Source: Octopus sinensis
Lineage: Eukaryota
Length of the DNA stretch: 64,000 bases
Assembly (NCBI RefSeq): GCF_006345805.1
Contig: NC_043008.1
Coordinates: forward strand, 11,904,001-11,968,000
Direction: 5' to 3'
The translations under genes were made by a program, and so were the position numbers. Shown here piece after piece: positions 40,140 to 53,695 of this stretch (position 1 is the stretch's first letter; each line of letters begins with the position of its first letter). The notes beneath the pieces are model-generated. The model searched no databases, was not told where the DNA came from, and was given only the letters and a program-made list of their open reading frames with translations.

Positions 40140-40410
40140 CAAGAGGATGTGTGATGAACTAAGACGTAGTGGCTGAAACTGGATCGGTTGCGTCTTCAGA
40201 CAAGATGGAATAGGCGATTGCATGACACTCAATAGGGAACGTGAAGGGAAAAGAGCAGCAGGGCCCGCTAATGTCACATGGCGAAGGACCATTAAAGAGA
40301 CAAGGAGACGAGAATGGTGGAGAAGCTGGAATGATAACAGAACAGTCGAAGAAAACCGAGCTTGTTGGTGAGAACATGCTGTCACTTTATGTCACGGTGA
40401 GAACTCACTA
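40140..40410 (+). pseudogene. RTE-clade LINE ORF2 C-terminal fragment
   Basis: Single frame: DELRRSG*NWIGCVFRQ...EGKRAAGPANVTWRRTIKE...SWND...NRACW*EHAVTLC, matching the RTE 3' motif series (W.GH..R, GKR..GRP..TW, R..W). Confidence 0.75.
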
Positions 40411-40465
40411 ACCATCTGCATTTTATCAACTTCAGAGTAGCCAAAAATGCAGTTTACACCGGTGG

Positions 40466-40830
40466 CAGCTTGCTAACCAACCACATGGTTCCGGGTTCAG
40501 TCCCACTGCGTGGCATCTTGGGCAAGTGTCTTCTGCTATAGCCCCGGGCCGACCAATGCCTTGTGAGTGGATTTGGTAGACGGAAACTGAAAGAAGCCTG
40601 TCGTATATATATATATATATATATATATGTTTGTGTGTCTGTGTTTGTCCCCCTAGCATTGCTTGACAACCGATGCTGGTGTGTTTACGTCCCCGTTACT
40701 TAGCGGTTCAGCATAAGAGACCGATAGAATAAGTACTGGGCTTACAAAAGAATAAGTCCCGGGCTCGAGCTGTTCGATTAAAGGCGGCGCTCCAGCATGA
40801 TCGCAGTCAAATGACTGAAACAAGTAAAAA
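40466..40830 (+). mobile_element. SINE family A (5' slightly truncated)
   Basis: Matches the family consensus. Confidence 0.9.
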
Positions 40831-41459
40831 AATTTTTTTTTAAATAATAAATATAATGAATTCAGCTCTCTAACGACTCTGCCAATCCAAAACTCAATGG
40901 GGGTTGTCATATTAAATGCAGAAATTGCAAACGAACAATATAGCAATACAGAAGAAAAATACAGACAGAATTTAAATCTATATTCACTATTTTATTATTT
41001 TTTCGTATTTATAAATTTTTCTATATTGTTAATTTTATTTCTATTATGCATAACTATTCTATTTAAATTTATTTTCGAGTTCTACACCCTTTTTATACAA
41101 TTTTTTTTATTATTTCTATTCAATATTTTTCTTTCTCTTGCGTTGTATTTAACTCCACATGTTATACTAGGTTATGTTTACTCTCCTGAGGTCAAGTTAT
41201 ATCTTATTTCACATATTAAATCACATATTACGGAAGACAGTTTAAGCTAAAATGTATTGCTTTTTTAATTGTCTGCTTCTCGTTCATCTTGTTTTATAGC
41301 ATACTGGCTGAGTATCCCGTCGTTGCCATGCTATTTTCGCAGTAAAATACTATCATTTCAATTATTTTTGTCTTCTCCGACGGAGAGGGCTCTTGATAAG
41401 AACCGACTTCTGAATTATTTGGGGAAGCTTATGCCACAGCATCCATTACGACGATTTCG

Positions 41460-41690
41460 ACGTTGATCCGATTAGTGGAACAGCCTGCACAGGAAATTAA
41501 CATACAAGTGGTTGAGTACTGCACAGACACGTGTACCCTTAAAGTGGTTCTCATGACGATTCAGCATGATAGAGAATGGGACAAGGCTGGCCCTTTGAAA
41601 TACAGATACTCATTCTTTCCAGGCGAGTGGACAGGAGTAACGTGAAATAAAGTGTCTTGCTCAAGGACACAACATAGCATCGGGAATCGA
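41460..41690 (-). mobile_element. SINE-like element (gtccttgagcaagacac body)
   Basis: rc gttgtgtccttgagcaagacactttatttcacgtt motif shared with 13040-13215. Confidence 0.6.
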
Positions 41691-41801
41691 ATTAAACACT
41701 AAACACTAAGTCATGCGCACTCACGGAGCAAATTATAATGTATCGATAATCTACGTGTTTGTGTTTCCGGTTGGTGTATAGATGTAAAGATTTTTCTAGT
41801 T

Positions 41802-42419
<618 letters not shown>

Positions 42420-43115
42420 CATCCTTCACTGCCGATGCACACATGAGTACACACAAACTGACACACAACCATACGAGCACTTAATGTGAACGATATACGT
42501 ATGCAGAAGGTGAGAGAGGGTGTAGTAAATACATATAGAGATGGAGAGAGTTTATAACGAGAAAAGCGTAAACGAAAGACATACAAATAGAAAAGGAGAA
42601 ATTTTTTCCTGTTGCTGTGACAGATTTTGAAATTTTAAAATTAAGCGAAGTTTTTCACATTTGGAATATTCATGTACTTTTTCACGCTGAACCTATTTCT
42701 GAGTTATAGTCATTCCACAAAACAAAAACAAAAAAATTAGAAAAATATTGTTGGAGATTTAAAGTGTGGTAATTTTTACCCAATCAGAAAACTGGATTTG
42801 GAAACTAGCATTTTCTGCGTGATAGCTCTCTACCATAATATGAAGTTAAACATTATAGCGACGAAGTTTTAAAGAAAATGAAAGCGACGATATATCATGT
42901 CAAGAGGGAGAGTGGGGGAAGCATCTTTTGTGATCGATAGATTTATATAGAGAGAAAGCGTTAAAGATTATAATAAATATATAAAGAAGAAGGGAGACAG
43001 GAAGAAAAAGACATGGGGAGACGGTGATGCAGACACATACAGAATGGCAGATTTTTCAAATTGGAAGTTGAGTTACCTCTAGAAGCAAATTTTTAGTATT
43101 AATTGTAAACGAATA

Positions 43116-43280
43116 GGCGCAGGAGTGGCTGTGTGGTAAGTAGCTTGCTTACCAACCACATGGTTCCGGGTTCAGTCCCACTGCGTAGCATTTTGGGCAA
43201 GTGTCTTCTGCTATAGCCCCGGGCCGACCAATGCCTTGTGAGTGGATTTGGTAGACGGAAACTGAAAGAAGCCTGTCGTA

Positions 43281-43338
<58 letters not shown>

Positions 43339-43568
43339 GCGTATGTGTGTGTATATGTTTGTGTGTCTGTGTTGTCCCCTTAGCCTTGCTTGACAACCGA
43401 TGCTGGTGTGTTTACGTCCCCGTTACTTAGCGGTTCGGCAAAACAGACCGATAGAATAAGTACTTGGCTTGCAAAAGAATAAGTCCCGGGGTCGATTTGC
43501 TCGACTAAAGGCGGTGCTCCAGCATGGCCGCAGTCAAATGACTGAAACAAGTAAAAGAGTAAAAGAGA
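43116..43568 (+). mobile_element. SINE family A (full length)
   Basis: ggcgcaggagtggctgtgtggtaag through gaaacaagtaaaagagtaaaagag. Confidence 0.94.
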
Positions 43569-43895
43569 ATACCTTGTCTTTGGAAAACAGATTCTGAAAA
43601 TCAATTCTGATTTTGTCGAGGACGCACTATTTGTAAGCCTTCCCGTGATATATTCACATGCATACACACAAACAATTTCCTTTATATAGTAGATTATCGT
43701 TGACAGTTAAATAATATATATTTTTATTACGTTAATTCTCTTGATTCAAACAAGAAAGACACAGAATAACATTTCTATTTTCTTAATTTCAAGCATTCTG
43801 TAATTCTTACAAATAAAATATATTATATAAGTTGTTTAATCACTATAAATATAAATATATGTACACACACACACATACATACATACATACATACA

Positions 43896-43931
<36 letters not shown>

Positions 43932-44069
43932 TATGTGTATGTATGTATGTATGTATGTATGTATGTATATACATACACACACATATATTTCTGCTGGATG
44001 GGGGTGCTGGACACCATATTCGAGAGAAGGCGGGTAGAAACGAAGAGAGGAGAGGAGGAAAGTCATATG

Positions 44070-45190
44070 AAGAGAGGAGGGGATTTGAGCCCACGTGGCA
44101 CAAAGGAGCGGATAGAGAAGATTAATTCCCGTTCCCGGCGAAGGTGGGTATCCGGATGGCGCCTGTGCAAAGACAATCCGCGTACAGGCAGGTGTGGTAG
44201 TGAATGACCGGGAGAGCGGAAATGGTGCGAGACCAGGAGAGTATTTCCCGAGTCTGATGTCTCGGAGGTGCTCCGCGAACCGGTCAGCCAAGCGGCGTCC
44301 CACTTGACCGATGTACAGAGAAGGGCGGAAAAAGCAGGAGATGCAGTAAATGACGTTAGTAGAAGTGTAGGTAAAGGAGCGATGGGACGGCGATGGTGAC
44401 TGTGAGGATGGTGATGCTGGAGTTGTAGGGGCAAGTACGGCACCAAGGGCGGGACTAGGGAAATGTGGGGGTTAAGAAAGAACCGTGGACCAGAGGAGGG
44501 GTAGGTTTGGGAAGATGTGCTAGGTGGAGGAATCGGACTGGGGTCTCCGGAAGGGTCGAAGAATGATACGCTGGAGTGGAAGGGTGGACGTGTGGTAGAT
44601 GATGGGAAACTGGACACGGGCAACGGCGGGGAAAAAGAGCAGAAGCACGTTTTACAGAACGTGCACCGGCAAGGGCTGTGTGGATAGTGGTGAGGAGATA
44701 ACCACGATGGATGAAGTGGTTGTCATGGTTGTCACTGCAGAGCTTGCGTAGACGGAGGAATTAGGAGTAGGAGATGGGGAGTTTGATTCGGGTAGGATGG
44801 GAGCCGCAGATGTTAAGGTAGGAGAGTGAGTTGATGTGTTTGTAGTGGATGGAGGACGTGAGAGCGGAGGTGTATGTTGACCGAAATGCGTCGGAAGTGT
44901 TGGAAAGATTGCAGGAGAATTCGAGTGCAGGATGGAAGGATTGGAAAAAAGAGAGGAAGGATTCTAGTTGTTCACAGGTGAGTGAGGTCACACCGATACA
45001 GTCATCAATATTACGATATAACGACAAACATGTACATGTTCGCATAGTTGGGGGCCATTCTCGTTGCCATGGCCGTTCCCGTGAACTGTTGGTAAAATTC
45101 CCCCACGAACGAGAGGCAGTTGAGGGAAAGAGCAATAGAAGTTCGGCCAGACAAAGAAGTGTGGACCGCTGAAATCTATAAATTTCAATC
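44070..45190 (-). pseudogene. Penelope-like retroelement relic: RT (partial) plus GIY-YIG endonuclease
   Basis: RT: YRNIDDCIGVTS...FHPALEFS...IHYKHINSLSYL...SHP. EN: TNVIYCISC...LYIGQVGRRLADRFAEHLRDIR...HFRSPGHS...RRERELIF...PRGL. Frameshifted; GC-rich relative to flanks. Confidence 0.88.
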
Positions 45191-45381
45191 ATATATTATA
45201 TGTATATATCATATACACGTAAATTATACTTTTCTCGCTGGATTAAGTGTTCCTTTCTCTTTTAGACTTCTGCAATCTCAGTTTTGAATCTTCTATATCT
45301 ATGAAGAATTTTCCTCCGTCTGGTTGTTTTTCTCTCTACATGATGGAACAGCCATTTTAACAGATTGTTTATTTATTTATT

Positions 45382-45477
45382 TATCACCAGACGAGATACG
45401 TCTGCAACACCGGATACTCCTGAACCAGTTCCACAAGAGGAATCGATGCTAGATGAGTCGAAACAATTGTTGTTATT
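45382..45477 (+). ncRNA. Degenerate hammerhead motif with long stem II
   Basis: Core CAGACGA (U4>A) at 45388-94; stem II gatacgtctgca.../tgctagatgagtc; GAAAC-AATT-GTT palindrome; partial stem I. Confidence 0.45.
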
Positions 45478-45543
45478 AATAATATATTCTCGTATATTCC
45501 ATCTTCTGTCTTTCATTTGTTACATATATATATATATATATAC

Positions 45544-45589
<46 letters not shown>

Positions 45590-46232
45590 CAGAGAGACAG
45601 AGAGAGATAATATATGGAAATATATATCTACGTATATATATATATATGAATACATATATATATATATATATATAAATATACATATATATCATATATACAT
45701 GTAGATATACATAAAAGTATATATATATATTTATATATTTATGTATACATATCAATCTATATGTTTACATATACATATATATATATATATATATTATGTA
45801 TATATATATGACATACACACATAAACACGCACACACATACACACACACACACGCACACACATACACACACACACACACACATATGTATATACAAGCATAT
45901 ATTCTACGATTCAAATTGTGTTTACAGAAACAGATACACCCAGCTGCGTTGACAGATGCATATATATATGCACCTAGGAGATTAAAAATACAAAATGAAC
46001 GACAACGAGCCAGGAATTTCAAATGAGTTACCGAATTACACAGGCTTATGCATCCATCATTGTATTTAAATATCTTCACACTGTCGAGAATCCTGAAGCA
46101 GATAAAAGCAAAATTGATTTATTTCTGCTTTTGTACAATGGACTCAAAATTTTGAGTTAAATGTATTGTTATGGCATTCACGTTCTCACTAACAACATAT
46201 ATCTGTACGTGTACGTATATGCATATAGTCAT

Positions 46233-46291
<59 letters not shown>

Positions 46292-46503
46292 GTGTGTTTG
46301 TGTGTGTGTGTGTGTGTATGTGGTGTGTTTGTGTGTATATTATATATATAATTATATTTATATATATAATTATATATATATATATATATATTTCGTTTTA
46401 GGAAAATAAAAATAAGAAATGTGGAAATTTTACCGGTGAGTGTGTTACATTATAAGGCACAAAAAGAAAATTATTCTCCCCAGACACAACAGTATATATG
46501 TAG

Positions 46504-46552
<49 letters not shown>

Positions 46553-46554
46553 TA

Positions 46555-46588
<34 letters not shown>

Positions 46589-46709
46589 ATTCATATATAT
46601 ATATTTATATATACACATATAGATATATATATATAAATAACACCACACACACACACGCGCACACACACACGCGCACACACACATACACACACACGCACAC
46701 GCACACACG

Positions 46710-46740
<31 letters not shown>

Positions 46741-47277
46741 ACATATATATATATATATTTATATATATATGAGGAACTGAAAGAGAAAAGTAAAAGGAAA
46801 GTTGACATGAGTGCCATCTATGTTGTTATTGAACTCGAAACAACCAATCGCATCAACTCCTTTGTTTTTTTTTTAATTATTTTTGTTTGATTGTTGTTTT
46901 ATCCTTTCAGAGCCACAAGGGCCTATATTCACTGAAGCGTGCTACTATGTTTAATGTTTATGTGCTTCCGTTATTGTAAGGTGATAGATGCGGACCGAGG
47001 GGAGATTTTAGTTGCTATATCCAGCAGGTTGCTCGACAGCCTGGAGTGATCTCACAGCAGCGCAACTGAAGTTTCATAAAAGAAAATAAACAAAATAAAC
47101 GCTAGAATATTATGTTTCCTTTTATATGTAATGAATAATGCATCTGTCACATGCATGGCGTATTTATGTCATGATGAGATTGCAATTATTTTGTTCCATC
47201 TCAAATCACCCTTCTGCACTCTGTGACACGAGGAAAATATCAGAACAAAATGGCAGCAGGAATATATATATATATCT

Positions 47278-47310
<33 letters not shown>

Positions 47311-47311
<1 letters not shown>

Positions 47312-47508
47312 GGGAAAGTTTACGAAAATAAACAAAAGACGAAGGCAGGTGTAGTACAAACAAACAAATTTATTAGTATAGCGCTCAGGAATAGAAAAAG
47401 TCTTTTACGGTTCGAGCCTACGCTCTTCGACAGAAAGATACGCAGAAAAAAAACAAGGAGAGAAACAAAGAGAGAAAGAAATGCGTGTAGGAGCTAACGA
47501 TCTATCAT
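47311..47508 (-). mobile_element. ~200-nt hammerhead-bearing element (second copy)
   Basis: rc of the 28603-28795 family. Motif 47401-47438: TCTTT-CTGTCGA-A-GAGC gtag GCTC-GAACC-GTA|AAAGA. Flanked by (TA)n. Confidence 0.75.
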
Positions 47509-47517
47509 GATATATAT

Positions 47518-47566
<49 letters not shown>

Positions 47567-47753
47567 ATAAACAAAAGAGGGTGTGCATTTCAACGTAAGA
47601 AAACATATATGATAATTTTTGTTGTTGCACCTGAATTTGAAAAACTTATAATTGTTTCAATTGGTATGTATGTAAATAAATTCATTTAAAAACAATTACA
47701 AGTTTTTCAAATTCAAGTGCATTTTCAACAACAAATTACTATATGCACACAGA

Positions 47754-47792
<39 letters not shown>

Positions 47793-47817
47793 ACACATAC
47801 ACACGTATATATGCTCG

Positions 47818-48095
47818 TTACTCTTTACTTGTTTCAGTCATTTGACTGTGGCCATGCTGGAGCACCGCCTTTAGTCGAGCAAATAGTACTGATTTTATCG
47901 GTTTCTTCTGCCGAACCGCTAAGTTACGAGGACGTAAATACACCAGCATCGGATGACAAACACAGACACACAAAAATATACACACATATACAATATATAT
48001 ATATATACATACATACGACAGGCTTCGTTAAGTTTCCGTCTACCAAATCCACTCACAAGGCCTTAGTCGGCCGGAGGCTATAGTAGAAGACACTT
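47818..48095 (-). mobile_element. SINE family A, internally deleted and 5' truncated
   Basis: Tail and central segments of the consensus are present. Confidence 0.85.
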
Positions 48096-48296
48096 TATTA
48101 CAATATAAACGTCCTACCAATGTACAATAACACATGCATCATTAGAATTTCTCTGATTAAATCCATCCATCCATCCATGCATCCATGCATACGTACATAC
48201 ATACATACATATATATATTATGTATAAGTATATGAACATGTATATATATGTATATATATATAATATATATATATATATAATATTATATATATATAT

Positions 48297-48492
48297 AGTT
48301 AATCCAAACAAGAAAGCACAAAAAAACGCAATAACGCGAGGACGTGGAACAAATATAGTATTATTGGACGCTCAGGAAAGGGGGAAAGGAGGATTTAACG
48401 TTTCGAGCGGAGCTCTTCGTCGAAATATAGGAGAAGGAAAGATCCAGAGAAGGGAAGACAGAAGAAAAAAATCGCCAACGCTACACACGAGG
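48297..48492 (-). mobile_element. ~200-nt hammerhead-bearing element, related family
   Basis: rc ATTT-CGACGA-A-GAGC tcc GCTC-GAAAC-GTT|AAAT at 48393-48426; flanked by (TA)n. Confidence 0.62.
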
Positions 48493-49096
48493 TCATATAT
48501 ATATATATACTTATAAACATATGTGTGTATTGAGAAAGAGAGGGAGATAGATGGATAGATAAATGAAACTCACAAAATTATATTGTATTTGCTATGCTTA
48601 GTTCTGCACTTTAATAATAACCACTTTATTATCCGTCTTAATTTCCCCTCAGTAGGGTGCGGCATAGCTGTAAGCCATCTCTGCTGAAATAGAAATTGCA
48701 TTGTTCGTCTTGTGTCTCCAACAAATCTCATATTTCATTCTACATGTTCATCTGAAAATCCTCTCTCCTTTTAAAATAGAGTTAAATTTTACTTTATTGA
48801 ACAGTATCAAAACTCCAAGAGAGAGATTTTACTTCATACCATATATACCATATCGTTTATATCCCTTAATACTGGTCTTATTAAGCTCTCTTTAGGCTTA
48901 AAAGATATTTTGTTATTTTAATATTTTAACTAAATTTTGAAATTGTAACCACAACCACTCTTTAGTAAGGAATCATGACAATAAGACAGTATAAACATTG
49001 AACAAGTCATATTGTTGAATGATGAATATATTTACTTCACGTATCAAAATGTAACAGCCTCTTCACTACTTTTATCTACAGCACTCAATATGGCTT

Positions 49097-49394
49097 GGTG
49101 GAGGCGCAATGGCCCAGTGGCTAGAGGAGCGGACTCGTGGTCGGAGGATCGCAGTTTCGATTCCCAAATCAGCGAAAACACCTAAAAGCTCCACAGGCTC
49201 CGGCAGGGGTTGGTGGTGACCCCTGTTGTACTCTTTCGCCCCAACTTTCTCTCACTCTCTCTTCCTGTTTCTTGAGTAACGCTGCGATGGACGGACGTCC
49301 TGTCCAGCTGGGGGGAACACATACGCCACAGAAACCGGGAAACCATACCCATGAGCCTGGATAGACTTGAAAAGGGCGCATAAATAATAAATAA
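49097..49394 (+). mobile_element. SINE family C with 14-bp TSD
   Basis: ACTCAATATGGCTT at 49083-96 and 49395-408; A box tggcccagtgg, B box gtttcgattcc. Confidence 0.92.
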
Positions 49395-49419
49395 ACTCAA
49401 TATGGCTTCTAAATAGTTC

Positions 49420-50190
49420 ACAGTTTCTGCAACTAGTGTGGTAAAATCTACATCTCTGAGCTTGTTGGATTTCTCATTCCATTTTAATTTTCTCCGCGAT
49501 TTGTTTTTAATAACTTCGTAACCTCTGTTTCCAATAGCTGTTGTTCATCTATATAATTACGATGTTTGTTTCCGTATTTCATTTGATTAACTTATTTGCA
49601 CGCACCTTTCGCTTAATTAATTCCATTACATCTCTACCTCGCTGTGCTCTGCCAAAAATTTGGTTTTGTTGCTCTTTTGCGCATTCACTGCCATCATCCT
49701 TTTGTAAAACTCATTAATGTTACCTTGTTAAAAAGCGATTCATTTTCATAGGCGAATTTAGAAACGCAGTCGTTGTTTTACTTTCTTACTTCTCTTTTAG
49801 AATCCGCATCTACATTCTTCCATCTCCGTATGTGAGCTTCATTACAAAATCTCGAACTTAAATATTTTCTTTCGAACTCCCAATTATCTTCTCCGATAAC
49901 GAATGCGAATTGTTATTGTTTGTATCCAAAGGATATTTTCTTTCCCAATCTTCTACCTCCATAATTTGATAAATTTAATTCCAAACAACTTCAGGCTCAT
50001 CAATGGAAGTTTATTTACTATATTTGATGCAGAGTTTCCAAAAATGTTTTGTAGAAATTCTATCTGATTATATTTTGCTTCGAATTGCGTTTTCTTACAT
50101 CCTAATTGGAATTTTAATCTTGTGATGAGAAGCTTTAAACTCGCTGTCGTCACATTCAGTGAAATGCTTCCTATATGAAAACTGCTTCGT
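49420..50190 (-). pseudogene. Possible highly degraded LINE ORF2 (EN-RT linker) fragment
   Basis: Stop-riddled minus-strand frames with KREVRK, EQQLL..TKLLK, NPTSSE and AET segments reminiscent of RTE linkers. Confidence 0.35.
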
Positions 50191-50516
50191 AGCAATTTTT
50201 TTTAGTTATATAATCTAGATAATCAGATAATACACGTAACGACTACAGCAAATATGAATTGCTTTCGTGCATTGTAAAGCAGGTATTAATTACTCAGTGA
50301 TCATAATCATATCAGCAATTGAGTTGCATCACATGTTACGGAAAATTATATTGCTGTATGCCGCGCTTATGGAAACTGGAATATGACCAGCATTTTTACA
50401 GAAACTCGGATATATTTTTACAATTTCAAAAACTAAATTTACAATAAGAATACTCTGCATTTTACTTGAGTATACGTGCACCATTTTAACTGACGATATT
50501 TTTTTCATTGACCCAC

Positions 50517-50750
50517 AACATCATCATCATCATCATCATTGTTCGACCGTGGTCGAGACAATGGAATTTACCATGCTACGCCAGACTTCACGGTCCATCA
50601 TAGCATTACAGAGGTCCCGTTGCTGGATGCCTGTATCCCTGGAGATTACATCAGGGTAGCAGAATGTGCGCCCTCTGGTATTGCGAGTAGATGGCTTACA
50701 GAGGAGAAGAGTAGAAATTACCTCGTTTTCAGCTCTACAACAATGTCCAC
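50517..50750 (-). mobile_element. 5'-truncated LINE 3' end with (GAT)n tail
   Basis: Highly similar to 54920-55150; tail (cat)n on the plus strand. Confidence 0.85.
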
Positions 50751-52201
50751 AACATACCCACCAGCCTTCCCCACTCTCACTTCTTTCGCATCCTTCACCT
50801 TCTTATCTGAATACAAATTCAACTGACCATGATTTTGTTACTAACTTCTTCCATTTCCTTATTTGGGCAGGGAAGTTCCAGTAAAATTATATTGTTGTAT
50901 GCCGTGCTTATGGAAACTGGAAAGGGATAAGTGGATGTTAGTAAAGACAGAAAAGGTGCATCACTGAAGGAAGTTGTACATTGCTACACCCATTCATTTC
51001 AGTTGGTACTCTTCCAATCAGCTTCAAGAGTCCGTGAATGTCAAATTTTCTTCCAAACTTTAAAAAGAATTTCGACTTTTCTCTCAAAGTCGACGGCTTG
51101 AATAATCCCTACTGGATGAAGTCGCTGGAAGGTGATTTCCAAAGTTATATATACATTACTCGCGTCTTATTAACTAATTCAAAACGGTGCATCGTATGGA
51201 GGAAACAATTTTCATTTTCAGACTCACTATATTTCAAAGCGTACAATACAACACTTTCACGGAAAACGGTGGAGGGCGGAACACTCGGACCCCCACCTCC
51301 CCGCCATCCACAAGGCCTATTTTGCTAGTTACCCTTCGGCATTGATATGTATGTTTGTATGAATCTTGTGTCTGTGTATTATTAATGAAATATATCATAT
51401 ACGCTCAATACCCTTCTTTCATCTTCGATCTCATTGTTTGTTTTCATCTGCCATCTTGGATACGAAACGTCGTAACAAAATCAGAGCTGGATATAATTTC
51501 TATAGATAATTTGAAGAGATAACATAAGCAAAATTCCGTGTATTACATATAAATGCTTGTGTGTGCGTATGGCTTTATACATTTTTGTACGTATATAATT
51601 TCCAATTTGTCGCATTCCCAATTTTTCTCGTTACATATCTAGCTCCTTCCGACTCATACAGCTGCTTTCACTTAATCTCTGGCATTCATTAATTATAGAT
51701 TGTTAACATCTGATTCTATTTCATAGTTGTATTTAGAAATGTACTCATTTATACACTTTCTTAATTTCCTTTTAAAATCCAGAGGCAAAATTTTCAGCTT
51801 GGGCATACACGATTCATTATAAAACCAACATTTTAAATACATTCTTTCTTTACGCTTCAAATTGCCTCCTGAGATAAAGAATAGTATTCGTTATTGTATA
51901 CACCCATGACATGCTACCTTCCTCAGCCGAAATTGTTTTATTTCATTCCAAACAACTTCAGGGCTCAAAAACGATGGTTTGTTGGCTAAATCTGATGCAT
52001 CATTTTCAATTAGATTTTGTAGGAATCTTTTCCATTATTTTCGTGAGGAGTTTTTCTTTTTACCCAAATAATAGAACGCGTTGCCTTCATATGAATATAC
52101 GTGTGCGTTTTTGTATTTACATGAGAATATGTATGTTTATATGTATATATCGATATCTATGCGTACATGTAAATATATACGCTCAGACACATGTATATAT
52201 A

Positions 52202-52252
<51 letters not shown>

Positions 52253-52487
52253 GGAGAGAGAGAGAGAGTTAGAAGAGAGCAAGAGAGAAAGGGAGAGCGA
52301 AAGAGAGATAAGTAGTTGTATATGCATGTATGTAAGTATGTATGAATGTACACACAAAACAAACACACACACACACACACACATACACACGCATATATAC
52401 ATACATATGAATATCTTTATTCTTTCATTTTTTACTTGTTTCCGTAATTAGAACTCAGCTATGGATTGTGCGTGTATATATATAATA

Positions 52488-53004
52488 CTAGCAGTATCGC
52501 CCGGCGTTGCTCGGGTTTGTAATGGAAATAACTATATCAGCATTTTTAGAGAGTTACTTCCCTTATAGATGCCAATTCGGGCTTTCTTAGCCATTTCTGT
52601 TTTGGTGTCTTCAAGCCATGAAGTCGTTGTTCTAAAAGAACGCTGGTCTCCTTGACAACGCATTACGACGTTGATTTCCTTAAACTCCCTTCCCCACAGC
52701 TTCACGAGGGAGGGAAGAAGGGGAGAAGCAAATACAGGTGCAGGTGTTTGAGCGTGGACGCCAACTCCGCCACCATCGGCACACGAAATATTATGCATTA
52801 AAATGGAATAAAAAATGATGTTAAATTATTTTTAAAATCGTAGACTCATCGTAGACGCGCGCTAATAGCCAGAGGGGCTCGATATTAATCACGACTATAA
52901 GATACCCGAATTTGGTTAAACTGCACCGCAAAATGTGGGAGTAGTTAGGAATCTAAATCGAAAGGGACAGACACTCACACAACTACAGTTTTATATATAT
53001 ATAG

Positions 53005-53005
<1 letters not shown>
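52488..53005 (-). mobile_element. Non-autonomous Helitron, family H1, with extra internal segment
   Basis: CTAG at 52488-91, hairpin gcccggcgttgctcggg, 5' TC at 53005; shares terminal blocks with 17086 and 35618. Confidence 0.87.
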
Positions 53006-53035
<30 letters not shown>

Positions 53036-53695
53036 CACATGTATATATATATATATAAATATTTGTGTGTCTGTATATATTTATATATATATAAGGAGAG
53101 GGAGAGACAGATAAACAATGAGATAGTCAAAGAGACAGAGACACTAGTAGGTAGGTATGTAGGTAAGGAGGTTGGTAGGTTGGTAGATACATAGATAAAT
53201 ATATGCATACATATACACATACATCCATCCATCCATCCATCCATCCATCCATCCATACATACATACATACATACATACATACATACATACATACATACAT
53301 ACATACCTCAATTATGCTTCTTAAAACCAGAAAGGAGAAAACTAATTCGGAGGCTACAGATCCAATCCATCAGTGGAATTGTAAACATCTGCAAAACTTT
53401 CCAGACGTTTATCGTTTAAATATAAATGAGCAAGTCTAGATATACATGCATGAGATTACATATATAAAACATACAAATCTGCACGTACATACATATATAC
53501 ATACATACAGACACTTCCGTCAAACGTAAATGATGTAAATAATGTATATATATATATAGAGAGAGAGAGAGACATACAGACATACATACATGCATACATA
53601 AAAATAAAATACCTTGTTGATGGCGTTGAGATTCCAATGAAGGAGCATTGGATCTGGGTTAGAAACCGTTTTTTTCTTTCTTTATTGGCAAGAAT

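Noticed and set aside
48600-48710. Minus-strand acceptor tttctatttcag followed by EMAYSYAAPY*
   Set aside because: Too short and without recognisable homology.
53640-53690. CCAATGAAG...GAAACCGT hammerhead-like string
   Set aside because: Two core substitutions and no pairing stems in this copy.
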